Shown here piece by piece: positions 9,419-19,187 of a stretch of DNA of 64,000 nucleotides. The notes under the pieces are model-generated. The model searched no databases and was not told the origin of the DNA. It saw only the letters and a list, made by a program, of their open reading frames with translations. Each line of letters opens with the position of its first letter. Positions within the stretch are counted from its first letter, which is position 1. The position numbers and the translations under genes were made by a program. Source of the stretch: a bacterium (GTDB lineage: Bacteria; SAR324; NAC60-12); the NCBI GenBank assembly GCA_965209155.1, contig OZ242383.1:3648001-3712000 (forward strand), in the 5' to 3' direction.

Positions 9419-9667
9419 TCAGTCTACCGCGTGCGAGATTGCTTCTTCAGTGGCGATCAGAAAATCCAGGTAAATCGCTTTTGCCGGATCCGGCGCTTCT
9501 CCCCTGGCAATTCGGCGCTTCTCTTCGCGCCCCAGCGCAAGCCAGCCTTGCGCGCTCCGTGCGGTCACGCCGGCCAACGGAGCCGCATATTTCATGAAGT
9601 GACCGCTTCTCAATCCATCGCAAATTTTCTTTTGCAGACCTGGACTCAACTTTGTATTACGTCCCAT
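9419..9667 (-). CDS. Phage-type helix-turn-helix protein (terminase small subunit-like), probably 3'-truncated
   Basis: MGRxTKLxPxLQxKICxxLRxG...AAxLAGV...WL pattern; AGGAG RBS; higher GC than neighbours. Confidence 0.5.
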   Translation of the reverse strand: MGRNTKLSPGLQKKICDGLRSGHFMKYAAPLAGVTARSAQGWLALGREEKRRIARGEAPDPAKAIYLDFLIATEEAISHAVD

Positions 9668-9676
9668 GTTTACTCC

Positions 9677-9750
9677 TAATTAAACCACCCTCAGCTGAAG
9701 CTGAGGGATTTACTCAAAGGGCTATAAGTCCAACATTCAGCTAAAGCTGT
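9677..9750. mobile_element. Isolated IS200/IS605-type end
   Basis: TAATTAAACCA then hairpin CCCTCAGC-TGAA-GCTGAGGG and a second CAGCTAAAGCTG; shares TTAAACCACC with the left end of the 567-bp element. Confidence 0.6.
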
Positions 9751-9870
9751 CATTCGTGCCGGATATTCTCAATGTGATCCGCTTGATGGGTATCAGAGTG
9801 ATTAAGGAGAGTATTATGAAAGGTTGGTTGGAATTGTCAAGTTGAAAATAAGGTTGAGAGGAAGGGATTT

Positions 9871-10046
9871 GGCTTGGAAGATTGGATATTCAAGCAAAGA
9901 ATCGAATCTGGAGAGTTTCGAAATGATCTTGTAGGTTACGGGGTTGCTTTATCCGTTTCCTCAATTGATGAACCCTGAAACTCAGGGATAAAAGTAAATT
10001 CAAGAGTCTATTAAAAAGAATATATCCAAACTTCCAAGCCTGACCC
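9871..10046. mobile_element. MITE-like 176-bp element, copy 1
   Basis: 4 mismatches to 11461-11636; terminal IR GGCTTGGAAGATTGGATAT / ATATCCAAACTTCCAAGCC then TGACCC. Confidence 0.85.
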
Positions 10047-10126
10047 TTTACCGTTTACCATCGATCAAGCACAGGGCAGATTTATTTTCTTTTGAAAAAT
10101 CGAGTTGCCTGAGGAGACCTGCATTT

Positions 10127-11302
10127 TCATTGGGCAGGATAGACAGTTTTGGTCAGCAAATGGTGGTGGATGAAATCCCAATCCAGGGCAACCCCAAGGC
10201 CGGGACCCATGGGGGGTTCCACACAGCCCTCACTGTCAATGGATTCCAACACATCTTGGTAGCCACAGGAGAAGACGGGGGGAAAAATATTTTCGGGGAT
10301 GTCGGGACTGACCAGCAACATCTCATAGAAATTGGTGTTACGAATCGCAGCCATGCAATGGCGATGGCACGGACCAGCACCGTGAATCTCCACATCAAGT
10401 CCGAATGCCTCGGCGAGATGGGCCGTTTTCAGGGTGCCGGTGACGCCGAAATCGTAATCGGGATCGACCCGCACGAAATCAGTCGCCTCAGCGACGATAC
10501 AGTCTGCCTTGTTCTCCAACCCGCGCACATGCTCCGTAATCAAAATCGGTGTCTTGATAAAATGACGTAGCTTGCGGTGGGCGTGATGGGATATCCCGGA
10601 ATCCATCATGGGATCCTCTAACCAAAAGAATCCGGCCTCGTCACAGGCTCTCCCGACCTCCAGGGCCTCAGCGAAGGTTCTCAAAGCACAACAAGGGTCT
10701 GTCATCAATTTCATCTTTCCCTCGAACTCCCGGCCGAGCAACCGCACCGCTTCGACCTCATGCTTCACATGGCCACTGCTCCAGCCATGCATTTTGAAGC
10801 CCTGATATCCCAAAGAATAGCAATGCTGAGCGAAGGTCAGATAATCCTGTGGGGTGGAGAGACTGCCATGGGTATCGGCATGAATCGTGCTGGCATACGC
10901 AGGCAATTTCTTCCGGTAAATGCCCAACATCTCGCACAAAGGCTGCCCAGTGGCTTTCCCGGCCAGATCCCACAGTGCAATGTCGATCATGCCATAGCCC
11001 ATGTGGTCATATTGACGTAAGGCGACCTTCATATCGTTATAAATCTCTTCCCGGGCATAGGGATCGCGGCCAATGAGGAAGGGGGCCATAATCCGGACTT
11101 GGGCCAGCGACGGGGTCTTGGGTGCCCGGGACACATACTCCCCTTGGAGTCCATCATCCGTTGAGATAGTAATGGCATAGTTCGTGACCGGGAGTTTCCC
11201 GCCTGGACAAAAGCCCGTATTGAATCCTTTTCCTCCATCCGGCCCCACATTCTGCAAGGTATACTGAAATTCATACACTTCTACGCGATCAATCTTACTC
11301 AT
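10127..11302 (-). CDS. Mandelate racemase/muconate lactonizing enzyme family protein
   Basis: DIALWDLAGK, FKMH, WLEDP, TEH, VEIHG, PGLGV. Confidence 0.92.
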   Translation of the reverse strand: MSKIDRVEVYEFQYTLQNVGPDGGKGFNTGFCPGGKLPVTNYAITISTDDGLQGEYVSRAPKTPSLAQVRIMAPFLIGRDPYAREEIYNDMKVALRQYDHMGYGMIDIALWDLAGKATGQPLCEMLGIYRKKLPAYASTIHADTHGSLSTPQDYLTFAQHCYSLGYQGFKMHGWSSGHVKHEVEAVRLLGREFEGKMKLMTDPCCALRTFAEALEVGRACDEAGFFWLEDPMMDSGISHHAHRKLRHFIKTPILITEHVRGLENKADCIVAEATDFVRVDPDYDFGVTGTLKTAHLAEAFGLDVEIHGAGPCHRHCMAAIRNTNFYEMLLVSPDIPENIFPPVFSCGYQDVLESIDSEGCVEPPMGPGLGVALDWDFIHHHLLTKTVYPAQ

Positions 11303-11457
11303 ACCGTTACCTCCGTAACATTCATGTCATCCACTTAACTTTCTGATTCTGCGACGAGCTCTTGCATGGCGTCCCAAGCCTTATGAAACCAGACTAATCA
11401 TTCACTCCCTAAAAGTCAACATTGAATACCCACCATAGTAGAAGAAAGGGAAGGCGA

Positions 11458-11637
11458 TCAGGCTTGGAAGATTGGATATTCAAGCAAAGAATCGAATCTG
11501 GAGAGTTTCGAGATGATCTTGTAGGTTACGGGGTTGCTTTATCCGTTTCCTCAATTGATGAACCCTGAAACTCAGGGATAAAAGTAAATTCAAGAGCCTA
11601 TTATAAAGAATATATCCAAGCTTCCAAGCCTGACCCC
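11458..11637. mobile_element. MITE-like element, copy 2
   Basis: 21/22-bp terminal IR TCAGGCTTGGAAG(A/C)TTGGATAT; direct repeat of 9871-10046. Confidence 0.85.
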
Positions 11638-12021
11638 TTTCTCAAGAAGCCTGTCAACACTTTGAAAAAGAACGAGAGCCATGGAAGCAAGAGCGCTTAG
11701 AACAGTGAACCTTCGCATTTTGGCTCATGATCCTAAAGAAACGGATCTCCCTGATTGACAGATTTTTAAATTTTTTTACGAATCCTGCATTTTTTTTATT
11801 TGGGGGTTGACATTATTAAAAAAAATATATATAGTTAGAATCATACCTTCACTAAGTTGTTTTAGTGAAAAAGAGGGTTCCCGATCGATGGAACAACATC
11901 GTGGGAGGACTTGAAAACGATCGGTCCTCTCCGGGAATCTTTTAATGATATTTAGCTGAACGGGTTTTTCAGAGACCTGAAAAGTTACAATATTTTTAAA
12001 CATCCAAAAGGAGAAAGTCGT

Positions 12022-13809
12022 ATGTTTAATCAAAAAAGCAACTCAAAATTGAGCGCAACCCTGCTGGCTCTCATCATGGGAGGATGCGTCTTCATGGCTG
12101 GTCAGGTCTGGGCAGACGGATATGTGACTGATCCCGCCACAGGAAGAACATGGACCAAACCAGAGTATGGTGGGACACTCACGTGGGCCGTTAAGCACTA
12201 TCCTAAGAGTGCTGACGCGTTTACGGCTGGTGGCTGGGCAGGTCACTTCGCCAGTTCCGTTTTAGAGCAGATGGCCTTTGGCAACTGGGATGTCCCCAGG
12301 GAACTCGTCGATGACCTGGCTTGGGTATGGACGGGCCCTAACATGTACGCAGGCGCTCTGGCCACAAGCTGGGCAATGCCCGACGACACGACGTTCATCT
12401 GGAACGTCCGGCAGGGCGTACACTGGCATGATAAGCCGCCGATGTCCGGTCGGGAATTCAATGCTCATGACGTCGTATGGAACTACCACCGCTATGCTGG
12501 TATGGGTGAATTCGCCGAAGCCGGACCGGCCCCCATAGGCTATATACTAGATGCTCTGGAGTTCGAATCTGTTACGGCCACCGACAACTGGACGGTCGTG
12601 TTCAAGCTGAAGAAACCTCTGGCGAATACTGTGGAGAATTTCTTAAACAAACTGACTTATATGTACCCCCCCGAGGTATATAAGAATGAAAATAGCTTTG
12701 AGGACTGGAAGAACCTGGTCGGCACCGGGCCCTATCAACTGACTGAATTTGTGGAGGGCAACTCTCAAACTTTTATAAAGAATCCCAACTACTGGGGGGT
12801 AGATGAAAAATTCGGGAACCGCCTGCCCTATATTGACGAGCTAAGGTCCGTGCTGTTACCAGAAGAGTCAGCACGGATTGCGGCATTGCGCTCGGGTAGG
12901 ATTGATTTCATTGGTAACCCAGGAGACGCTCAGATATCGAATGTCGACACTATAGCGAGCCTCCAGAAGAGCAACCCTGAACTCGAATTTCATTTCGTTA
13001 AAAGTGCGCTGTTCCCCTTTCAATTTAACCAGTCTCTGCCATACACGGAGGACGTAAGAGTGCGCAAGGCACTACAGATGGCAGTGGACAACGAGGCAAT
13101 TAACGCTAGCATCTATAAGGGTTTAGGTGTTGTAGAGCCTTATGGGGTTTATCTTCAAAATCTTACAGATTGGGTCTGGCCATATGAAAAATGGCCCGAC
13201 GAGGTCAAGCGTGAGTATGAGTATCGCCCGGCAGATGCAGAAGCGTTGCTTGATGAGGCCGGATATCCACGAGGCGCCGACGGCTATCGATTCAAGCTCA
13301 CGGTGAGCAATTGGGTGAGGCATGAACCGACCTATGCAGAAATCTTCATAGAGTACTTCCGCGCCATTGGCGTTGATGCCGAGCTCGTTATTCATACTGA
13401 AGCTGAGCATGAGGCTGCCAAAAGAGCGGAGACGCACGAGTGGCACATGATGCATGCTCAGGGTATGGGGGAACGTCGCCCAGGGCTCTGGCTTGCAGGG
13501 CTCGCCACCCAAAACGTGGCTCCTGGCAGCTTCAGCAAGGCGAAAGACTCGCGTCTCGAAACCTTTTATAATAACGCCAATAATACTACGGACCTCGAGG
13601 AGTTTTTTAGCAACATTCGAAAGATCGATGAGATTTTAATAAGGGAGCACTTTGGCCTGGTTAGACCTTTAGTCCCCTTATTTCAGGTGGCCCAGCCGTG
13701 GGTGGAAGGTTGGCACGGTGAATGGGGTATGGGATACGCCGAGCGTCATACCCACTTTTCTCGCCTCTGGATTGATAGTGCGCTGAAGAAAAAAATGATG
13801 GGAAACTAG
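12022..13809 (+). CDS. Peptide/nickel ABC transporter substrate-binding protein (family 5)
   Basis: Signal peptide, PEYGGTLT, RQGVHWHDKPP, VGTGPY, RLPYID, LDEAGYP. Confidence 0.93.
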   Translation: MFNQKSNSKLSATLLALIMGGCVFMAGQVWADGYVTDPATGRTWTKPEYGGTLTWAVKHYPKSADAFTAGGWAGHFASSVLEQMAFGNWDVPRELVDDLAWVWTGPNMYAGALATSWAMPDDTTFIWNVRQGVHWHDKPPMSGREFNAHDVVWNYHRYAGMGEFAEAGPAPIGYILDALEFESVTATDNWTVVFKLKKPLANTVENFLNKLTYMYPPEVYKNENSFEDWKNLVGTGPYQLTEFVEGNSQTFIKNPNYWGVDEKFGNRLPYIDELRSVLLPEESARIAALRSGRIDFIGNPGDAQISNVDTIASLQKSNPELEFHFVKSALFPFQFNQSLPYTEDVRVRKALQMAVDNEAINASIYKGLGVVEPYGVYLQNLTDWVWPYEKWPDEVKREYEYRPADAEALLDEAGYPRGADGYRFKLTVSNWVRHEPTYAEIFIEYFRAIGVDAELVIHTEAEHEAAKRAETHEWHMMHAQGMGERRPGLWLAGLATQNVAPGSFSKAKDSRLETFYNNANNTTDLEEFFSNIRKIDEILIREHFGLVRPLVPLFQVAQPWVEGWHGEWGMGYAERHTHFSRLWIDSALKKKMMGN

Positions 13810-13823
13810 CAGTACACTCCTGT

Positions 13824-13864
13824 GGAGCTGGGGGCGGTCGCATGTGAGCACGCTTCCCAGCTCC
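13824..13864 (+). promoter_or_regulatory. Intercistronic stem-loop between binding-protein and permease genes
   Basis: GGAGCTGGG ... CCCAGCTCC inverted repeat. Confidence 0.5.
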
Positions 13865-13884
13865 CATACTTGGGGCACAAACAC

Positions 13885-14898
13885 GTGAGTACCTATATCA
13901 TCAGGCGGTTGTTGCTCATCATCCCCACGTTGTTCATACTGACCATCATCGTCTTTGTTACGGTCCGCTTTATCCCCGGCGATACAATAGACGCAATGGT
14001 GGCTCAGATGGAGGGTGAATCCTCTGCCGTGGGTGGCGTAGACCGCGAAACTCTTGAGCGTATTATGGGACTGGACGTGCCTGTCTACGTGCAGTATGGA
14101 CGCTGGATCGGAGTGTTGTCGACCCCTGACTGGCAGCTTACCGGTGAGTCCCACTTCAGAGGTCTCCTCCAGGGCACCTTTGGCCACTCACTGTATGGCG
14201 GAGGCGCTACGGTAGAGGAGAGCATAATCGGGAGATTGCCAGTCACCATTGAGCTTGGTGTTCTGGCAATTGTAATTAGCCTCGTCATCGCCCTGCCCGT
14301 CGGCGTCTACTCGGCGATCCGCCAGGATACCGCCGCCGACTACGTCGGGCGCACCGTCGCCGTTATCGGCTTGGCAACGCCGAACTTCTGGCTGGCAACT
14401 ATGGTCCTGCTCTACCCGGCACTCTGGTGGGGCTGGTCGCCACCGATAGATCTGATTCCCTTCGAGGAAGACCCGCTGGGGAATCTCGGGATGTTCCTCA
14501 TTCCGGCCGTGATTCTGGGGACGGCCCTTGCTGCCAGCACCATGCGCATGACGCGCACCATGATGCTGGAGGTGCTCAGGCAAGACTATATCAGGACGGC
14601 TTGGTCAAAGGGGCTCAGGGAGCGGATAGTTATCATAAGACACGCCATCAAGAATGCCCTCATCCCGGTGGTGACGCTCATCGGCCTGCAGCTCCCCATC
14701 CTGATCGGGGGCTCCGTTATCTTGGAGCAAATATTCGCTCTGTCGGGGATAGGCCGTCTGTTTGTGGTTGCGCTCGATACAAGAGACTACCCGATCGTCT
14801 CCGCAATAAACCTGATTTTCGCTACAGCGGTTTTGGGGTTCAATCTCATCATCGACCTGATTTACTCTTACTTGGACCCCAGGATTCGGTATGAATGA
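13885..14898 (+). CDS. Peptide ABC transporter permease (DppB/OppB type)
   Basis: YIIRRLL, EVLRQDYIRTAWSKGL, HAIKNALIP, LDPRIRY; GTG start chosen by homology. Confidence 0.93.
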   Translation: MSTYIIRRLLLIIPTLFILTIIVFVTVRFIPGDTIDAMVAQMEGESSAVGGVDRETLERIMGLDVPVYVQYGRWIGVLSTPDWQLTGESHFRGLLQGTFGHSLYGGGATVEESIIGRLPVTIELGVLAIVISLVIALPVGVYSAIRQDTAADYVGRTVAVIGLATPNFWLATMVLLYPALWWGWSPPIDLIPFEEDPLGNLGMFLIPAVILGTALAASTMRMTRTMMLEVLRQDYIRTAWSKGLRERIVIIRHAIKNALIPVVTLIGLQLPILIGGSVILEQIFALSGIGRLFVVALDTRDYPIVSAINLIFATAVLGFNLIIDLIYSYLDPRIRYE

Positions 14899-15847
14899 GA
14901 CTTCATCCCCCATCCATGAGCCCAAACGACGGGGCCGGTTTGCTGATTTTTGGATCAGGCTTTTCAAGGAGAAGCCTCTTGGCACGGCCTGCGGGGTGAT
15001 CATCTTGCTCTTGATTTTGGTGGCGATTTTTGCCGATGTGCTGGCACCCTATCCCTTTAGTGAAATGCACCTGATGGACAGGCTGACAGGCCCCTCATCC
15101 CATTATCTGTTGGGGACCGACCAGATGGGACGAGACTTGTTCAGCCGCCTGATCTTCGGGGCGCGTATCTCCGTCTTTGTCGGTATGGCGGCGACCGTGC
15201 TCAATGTGGTCATCTCGGTCCTCATCGGCGGCATTTCAGGATTCATCGGGGGTAAATTTGATCTGGCGGTGCAACGCTTTGTTGATGCCTGGATGGCTTT
15301 TCCGGGACTGTTGCTCTTGCTGACCGTCATGTCCATTGTGGGAAGGGGACTCTTCCAGATCATTGTGGTGCTGGGGATCGCCGGAGGCATCAGCGGCTCC
15401 AGAGTCATCAGAAGCGCCGTGATCGCTATCAAAGAGAATGACTATTTTCTGGCAGCCCAGGCCGTGGGCACCCCCACGAGCCGAATCCTCAACCGCCATG
15501 TGCTGCCCAATATTATGGCACCGGTCATCATTATCTTCTCCATCAACATCGGGGGGGTGATTATGTCTTTGGCTGCTCTGGGATTCCTCGGATACGGTCT
15601 GCCACCCACCATTCCTGACTGGGGCAGCATGCTCAGCCGGGAAGGGCGCCGGTACATGGAACAGGCCCCCTGGCTGGCGCTCTGGCCGGGGCTGTGCCTG
15701 ACGATTGTCGTCTACTCTTTCAATATGTTCGGCGACGCCATCAGGGACCTGCTCGATCCCCGGCTACGGGGCAGTGAGGGCCGTTATGGCGCCACAGGAA
15801 AACGCAAACGAGGTCTCCTCTCCCGGCTGCTCAACCCTTTCTCTTAG
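14891..15847 (+). CDS. Peptide ABC transporter permease (DppC/OppC type)
   Basis: LGTDQMGRD, HVLPN, PDWGSML, GDAIRDLLDPR. Confidence 0.93.
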   Translation: MNETSSPIHEPKRRGRFADFWIRLFKEKPLGTACGVIILLLILVAIFADVLAPYPFSEMHLMDRLTGPSSHYLLGTDQMGRDLFSRLIFGARISVFVGMAATVLNVVISVLIGGISGFIGGKFDLAVQRFVDAWMAFPGLLLLLTVMSIVGRGLFQIIVVLGIAGGISGSRVIRSAVIAIKENDYFLAAQAVGTPTSRILNRHVLPNIMAPVIIIFSINIGGVIMSLAALGFLGYGLPPTIPDWGSMLSREGRRYMEQAPWLALWPGLCLTIVVYSFNMFGDAIRDLLDPRLRGSEGRYGATGKRKRGLLSRLLNPFS

Positions 15848-15989
15848 CAGAGACGGTCTCATAGGAGCACAGGATGAATTATGGTATTGTAGGGGGCTAG
15901 TATATTTTACACAGATCATCGCTCCAATTCCGGAGCGACTGAGTCAGTTTATGATGACCAATTAAGGGACTTTGAGGAGGTAAAACGCA

Positions 15990-16835
15990 ATGGGTGACAG
16001 ACTTGAGGGAAAAGTTGCAATCATAACCGGTGGGACGAGCGGTATCGGTTACCGGACAGTAGAGATATTTGTTGAGCAGGGAGCTCGCGTACTGATAGCG
16101 GCACGTTCCGAGGATGTGGGGCAGGCGCTGGCGGACAGGCTTGGTGACAGCGCGTTCTTCATACGGACTGACGTGACGCAAGAAGACGATATCAGGGCGA
16201 TGATCGACGCTGCCATGAAGCGATGGGGACAAATCGACTGTCTCTTCAATAATGCCAGCGCGGGTACAGCTGCTGGTCCAATCGACGAATTGGCTTACAC
16301 CGATTTTTTAGCAGCGATGGAACTGCAGATTGGGTCGGTTTTCCTGGGGACGAAGTATGTCGCCCCACTGATGAAGAAGCAGCGCAGCGGCAGCATCATC
16401 AACTGCGCTTCCATTGCGGGCATGGGTGTTGGGTATGGGCCAACGCTTTACAGCATAGGCAAGGCCGCGGTCATCAGCCTGACCAAGTGCGCAGCGATAG
16501 AGCTGGCGGAATTTGGTGTGCGAGTGAATTGCATCTCACCGGGGGGCATCTTGACGCCCATATTTATCGGCGGACACAAAGACCACGGCATGACCGACCA
16601 GGAAGCCGAGCGTGCCTTAGGCCGTATCAGCGCCTTCTTTGAGGAGGATTATCCTCTCAAGCGCGCAGGTACGCCCGAAGACATCGCCTACGCCGCGGTA
16701 TACCTGGCTTCCGACGAGAGCCCCCATACCACAGGAGATAATCTTGTCGTCGATACCGGGTTAACGCTAGGCAGGAGCGCAAAAATGCAGGCGGAAAGAG
16801 GCGCCTTGATGCAAAAGGCGATCTCTGGGGACTAG
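15990..16835 (+). CDS. Short-chain dehydrogenase/reductase
   Basis: TGGTSGIG, LFNNA, YSIGK, VRVNCISPG. Confidence 0.93.
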   Translation: MGDRLEGKVAIITGGTSGIGYRTVEIFVEQGARVLIAARSEDVGQALADRLGDSAFFIRTDVTQEDDIRAMIDAAMKRWGQIDCLFNNASAGTAAGPIDELAYTDFLAAMELQIGSVFLGTKYVAPLMKKQRSGSIINCASIAGMGVGYGPTLYSIGKAAVISLTKCAAIELAEFGVRVNCISPGGILTPIFIGGHKDHGMTDQEAERALGRISAFFEEDYPLKRAGTPEDIAYAAVYLASDESPHTTGDNLVVDTGLTLGRSAKMQAERGALMQKAISGD

Positions 16836-16948
16836 CGGTCGCTTGAGTGTTACAAACATCTCACAGGATTTTGTGATGGATTCAAGGCGTCTTAAGGCGA
16901 ACGGCTAGTACGCTGCGGCGAAAATATGTTTCAGATATTCACATTCGA

Positions 16949-17515
16949 TAATTAATCTCATTAAACCACCAGCTCTGCTGGTGCGAACCTAATTGGCTTT
17001 GCCGGTCAGACATGAGAAACGTATCCGTGTCCGTTAGCCGTGCTCGTGCTCGTGAACGGTCAGTGAATTCGACGGCACATTTTGGTTAACATAGAAACAA
17101 TGCGATGAAGTAACTGTTTCCCTTCGTCAAATAAAGGAGGCTGGATGATCTTCAACACGTTTAAAACATCGAGAATAGCAGCGCATTCCATTGCGGAACC
17201 TCGGGCCAATGCATAGAATCGTTGCTTGTCAGGAAAGGAATTTTTTCCACAGCCTTCTGCGATATTGAGAGGAATCGACCATGAGGCCCTTTTCAGTTGG
17301 TCAACTAAGGCTGAGTATCCTTTTGGCAATGTTTCGATGACTTGGACAGATAACGCTAAAAATTCGATGGAACATTGGTATAGATCGAGTTTTTCATGAT
17401 CTAACATGGCAGCCTTTTTCGTTCACGAGCACGAGCACGTCTTACGATGACGAACACGTTTTGCCCTCATACTGGGGGCCTCTTCAAGCCACCGGCTCTG
17501 CCGGTGGTGATGACT
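16949..17515. mobile_element. 567-bp IS200/IS605-ended element with four helix bundle cargo (copy 2)
   Basis: Near-identical to 6728-7294 with unrelated flanks. Confidence 0.85.
17060..17407 (-). CDS. Four helix bundle protein (23S rRNA IVP/bAvd-like)
   Basis: MLDHEKLDLYQ, DQLKRASWSIPLNIAEG, ARGSAMECAA, IVSMLTKM. Confidence 0.93.
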   Translation of the reverse strand: MLDHEKLDLYQCSIEFLALSVQVIETLPKGYSALVDQLKRASWSIPLNIAEGCGKNSFPDKQRFYALARGSAMECAAILDVLNVLKIIQPPLFDEGKQLLHRIVSMLTKMCRRIH

Positions 17516-17523
17516 TATGCAGA

Positions 17524-17616
17524 TGTCATTCCTGGCTTGATCAGGAATCCAGGGGATTACCCTGGAACTCCTGGATCCCGGATCATCCCGGACCTGGATC
17601 CGGGAGCAGGATGACA
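17524..17616. repeat. GTCATTCC...GGATGAC REP-like palindrome
   Basis: TGTCATTCCTG ... CAGGATGACA with internal hairpins. Confidence 0.75.
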
Positions 17617-17764
17617 CTGAAGCTGTAAACGAACTTTCGCTAAAAAGTACTGGTCTTTGCATACTCAATGGATGTGAGCTCTAAGGCAACGTAGAAGACA
17701 ACGCAAAAAACAAGTGAGGTCTAACAGTAAATTTTTTCAAATCCCTGACCTGAGGAGGTGAGTC

Positions 17765-18202
17765 ATGTTTAAGAAACTGGATCATATAGGCGTCGGAACT
17801 GCTGATTTTGAGAGATTCATCAAATTCTATACGGAAATCCTGGGCTTCAAAGTTCGAGAGAGATGGAAAGTCAAACCGGGCACGGGCTCGTCGCAGGTGG
17901 ATGAGCTTGCCAATCTCGTCCTCGACGATGGCGCCGTGATAGAACTGTTTGGGTTCAACGAAAAGGGACCCGATCCCGAATACAACGGGCCACCATTCGA
18001 AGCAGGCTTTCGATTAATGGCCATCGAGGTGGAGGATATGCAAGAGACTGAGGAATATCTCACCAGTAAGGGAATCGAAGTCCACCATGCCCACAAGCTG
18101 AATCCAGCCAGGTGGATCAGGGACCCCGACGGCAATATGCTCGTCCTGTTTCCCTCGTTCGTGTATGAGAATTACAAGAAATATGACGAAGAATCGAAGT
18201 AG
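17765..18202 (+). CDS. VOC (glyoxalase/bleomycin resistance) family protein
   Basis: LDHIGV, FYTEILGF, IELF, RDPDGN. Confidence 0.9.
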   Translation: MFKKLDHIGVGTADFERFIKFYTEILGFKVRERWKVKPGTGSSQVDELANLVLDDGAVIELFGFNEKGPDPEYNGPPFEAGFRLMAIEVEDMQETEEYLTSKGIEVHHAHKLNPARWIRDPDGNMLVLFPSFVYENYKKYDEESK

Positions 18203-18235
18203 AGTTCAACCCGGGGGCAAAGAAGAGGAGGGAGT

Positions 18236-19168
18236 ATGGAATTTGGAGTCCTAATCATCCCCAGTCGAACCACGTGGGACGAGATTCGCACATCAATAGA
18301 AACCATGGAAGCCGGGCGTTGGAACAGCCTTTGGTTTACCGATCACTTTGTGAATTCCGTCCGTGGATCCAAAGCTACCCCAGAGGAGGAGCAACTGACA
18401 GTATTTGAAGGGTATACTACTCTAGCAGTGGCCGCTGGCTTGACAAAAAGGCTCAAGCTCGGCCACTTGGTGCTGGGCAACCCTTACCGCAATCCGGCGC
18501 TGGTGGCGAAGATGGCCACGACGCTCGATCAAGCCTCTAAGGGCCGTTATACTCTGGGGCTCGGTGCCGGTTGGTTCCAGCGTGAGCACGAAGCTTATGG
18601 TTGGGTATTCCCGACCATGAAGGAACGGCAGGACCGCTTACAGGAAGCCTGTGAATTGATCCGCAAGCTCTTCACTGCCGATGGCCCTGTCGATTATAAC
18701 GGCCAGTATTACCAGCTGGACCAAGCCCCACTCTCCCCAGGATCTTACCAAAAACCGCACGTTCCCATTCTCGTGGGAGGAACGGGAGAACGCCGCACCT
18801 TACGGACTCTAGCGATGCATGGCGATATTTTCAATCTCGATGGTTGGGCCGGTCAGGGCATGACTTTCGAAGTGTATCAACACAAAATCGGGGTGCTGGA
18901 GCGACATTGCGAAAACGTGGGACGTGATCCTCAAGAGATCAAACACACCCTCCTGATCCCTTTGCATGTCACCGAAGACAAGGCCTCTCAGGAAGCCTTC
19001 CACAAAATGCTGGGGGCCGGGTCGATGACAGGGCCTCTCAATGAAATCATTGATCGCATCGGCAAATTCGTAGAGGCTGGAGTCGACGAGATCATGTTCG
19101 GCAATATTCCCACTGGTGATGTCGAAGCCTATCAGCGTGTGGAGGAAGAAATTGTTGCGACCTTTTGA
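18236..19168 (+). CDS. LLM class flavin/F420-dependent oxidoreductase
   Basis: LWFTDHF, YRNPALVAKMATTLD, LGLGAGW, EHEAYG, PILVGG. Confidence 0.92.
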   Translation: MEFGVLIIPSRTTWDEIRTSIETMEAGRWNSLWFTDHFVNSVRGSKATPEEEQLTVFEGYTTLAVAAGLTKRLKLGHLVLGNPYRNPALVAKMATTLDQASKGRYTLGLGAGWFQREHEAYGWVFPTMKERQDRLQEACELIRKLFTADGPVDYNGQYYQLDQAPLSPGSYQKPHVPILVGGTGERRTLRTLAMHGDIFNLDGWAGQGMTFEVYQHKIGVLERHCENVGRDPQEIKHTLLIPLHVTEDKASQEAFHKMLGAGSMTGPLNEIIDRIGKFVEAGVDEIMFGNIPTGDVEAYQRVEEEIVATF

Positions 19169-19187
19169 AGGAAGAGGAGTACGAACG

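Larger units (their letters stand above)
16905..17653. mobile_element. CTAG-ended MITE (paralog of 35378-35547) interrupted by the 567-bp element
   Basis: Left end CTAGTACGCTGCGGCGAAA is complementary (1 mismatch) to 35529-35547; segment 17611-17653 aligns without gaps to 35505-35547. Confidence 0.65.

Noticed and set aside
11650..11761. CTGTCAA...TTGACAG inverted pair as a mini-IS
   Set aside because: Only 7 bp, includes a -35-like TTGACA, and no second copy seen
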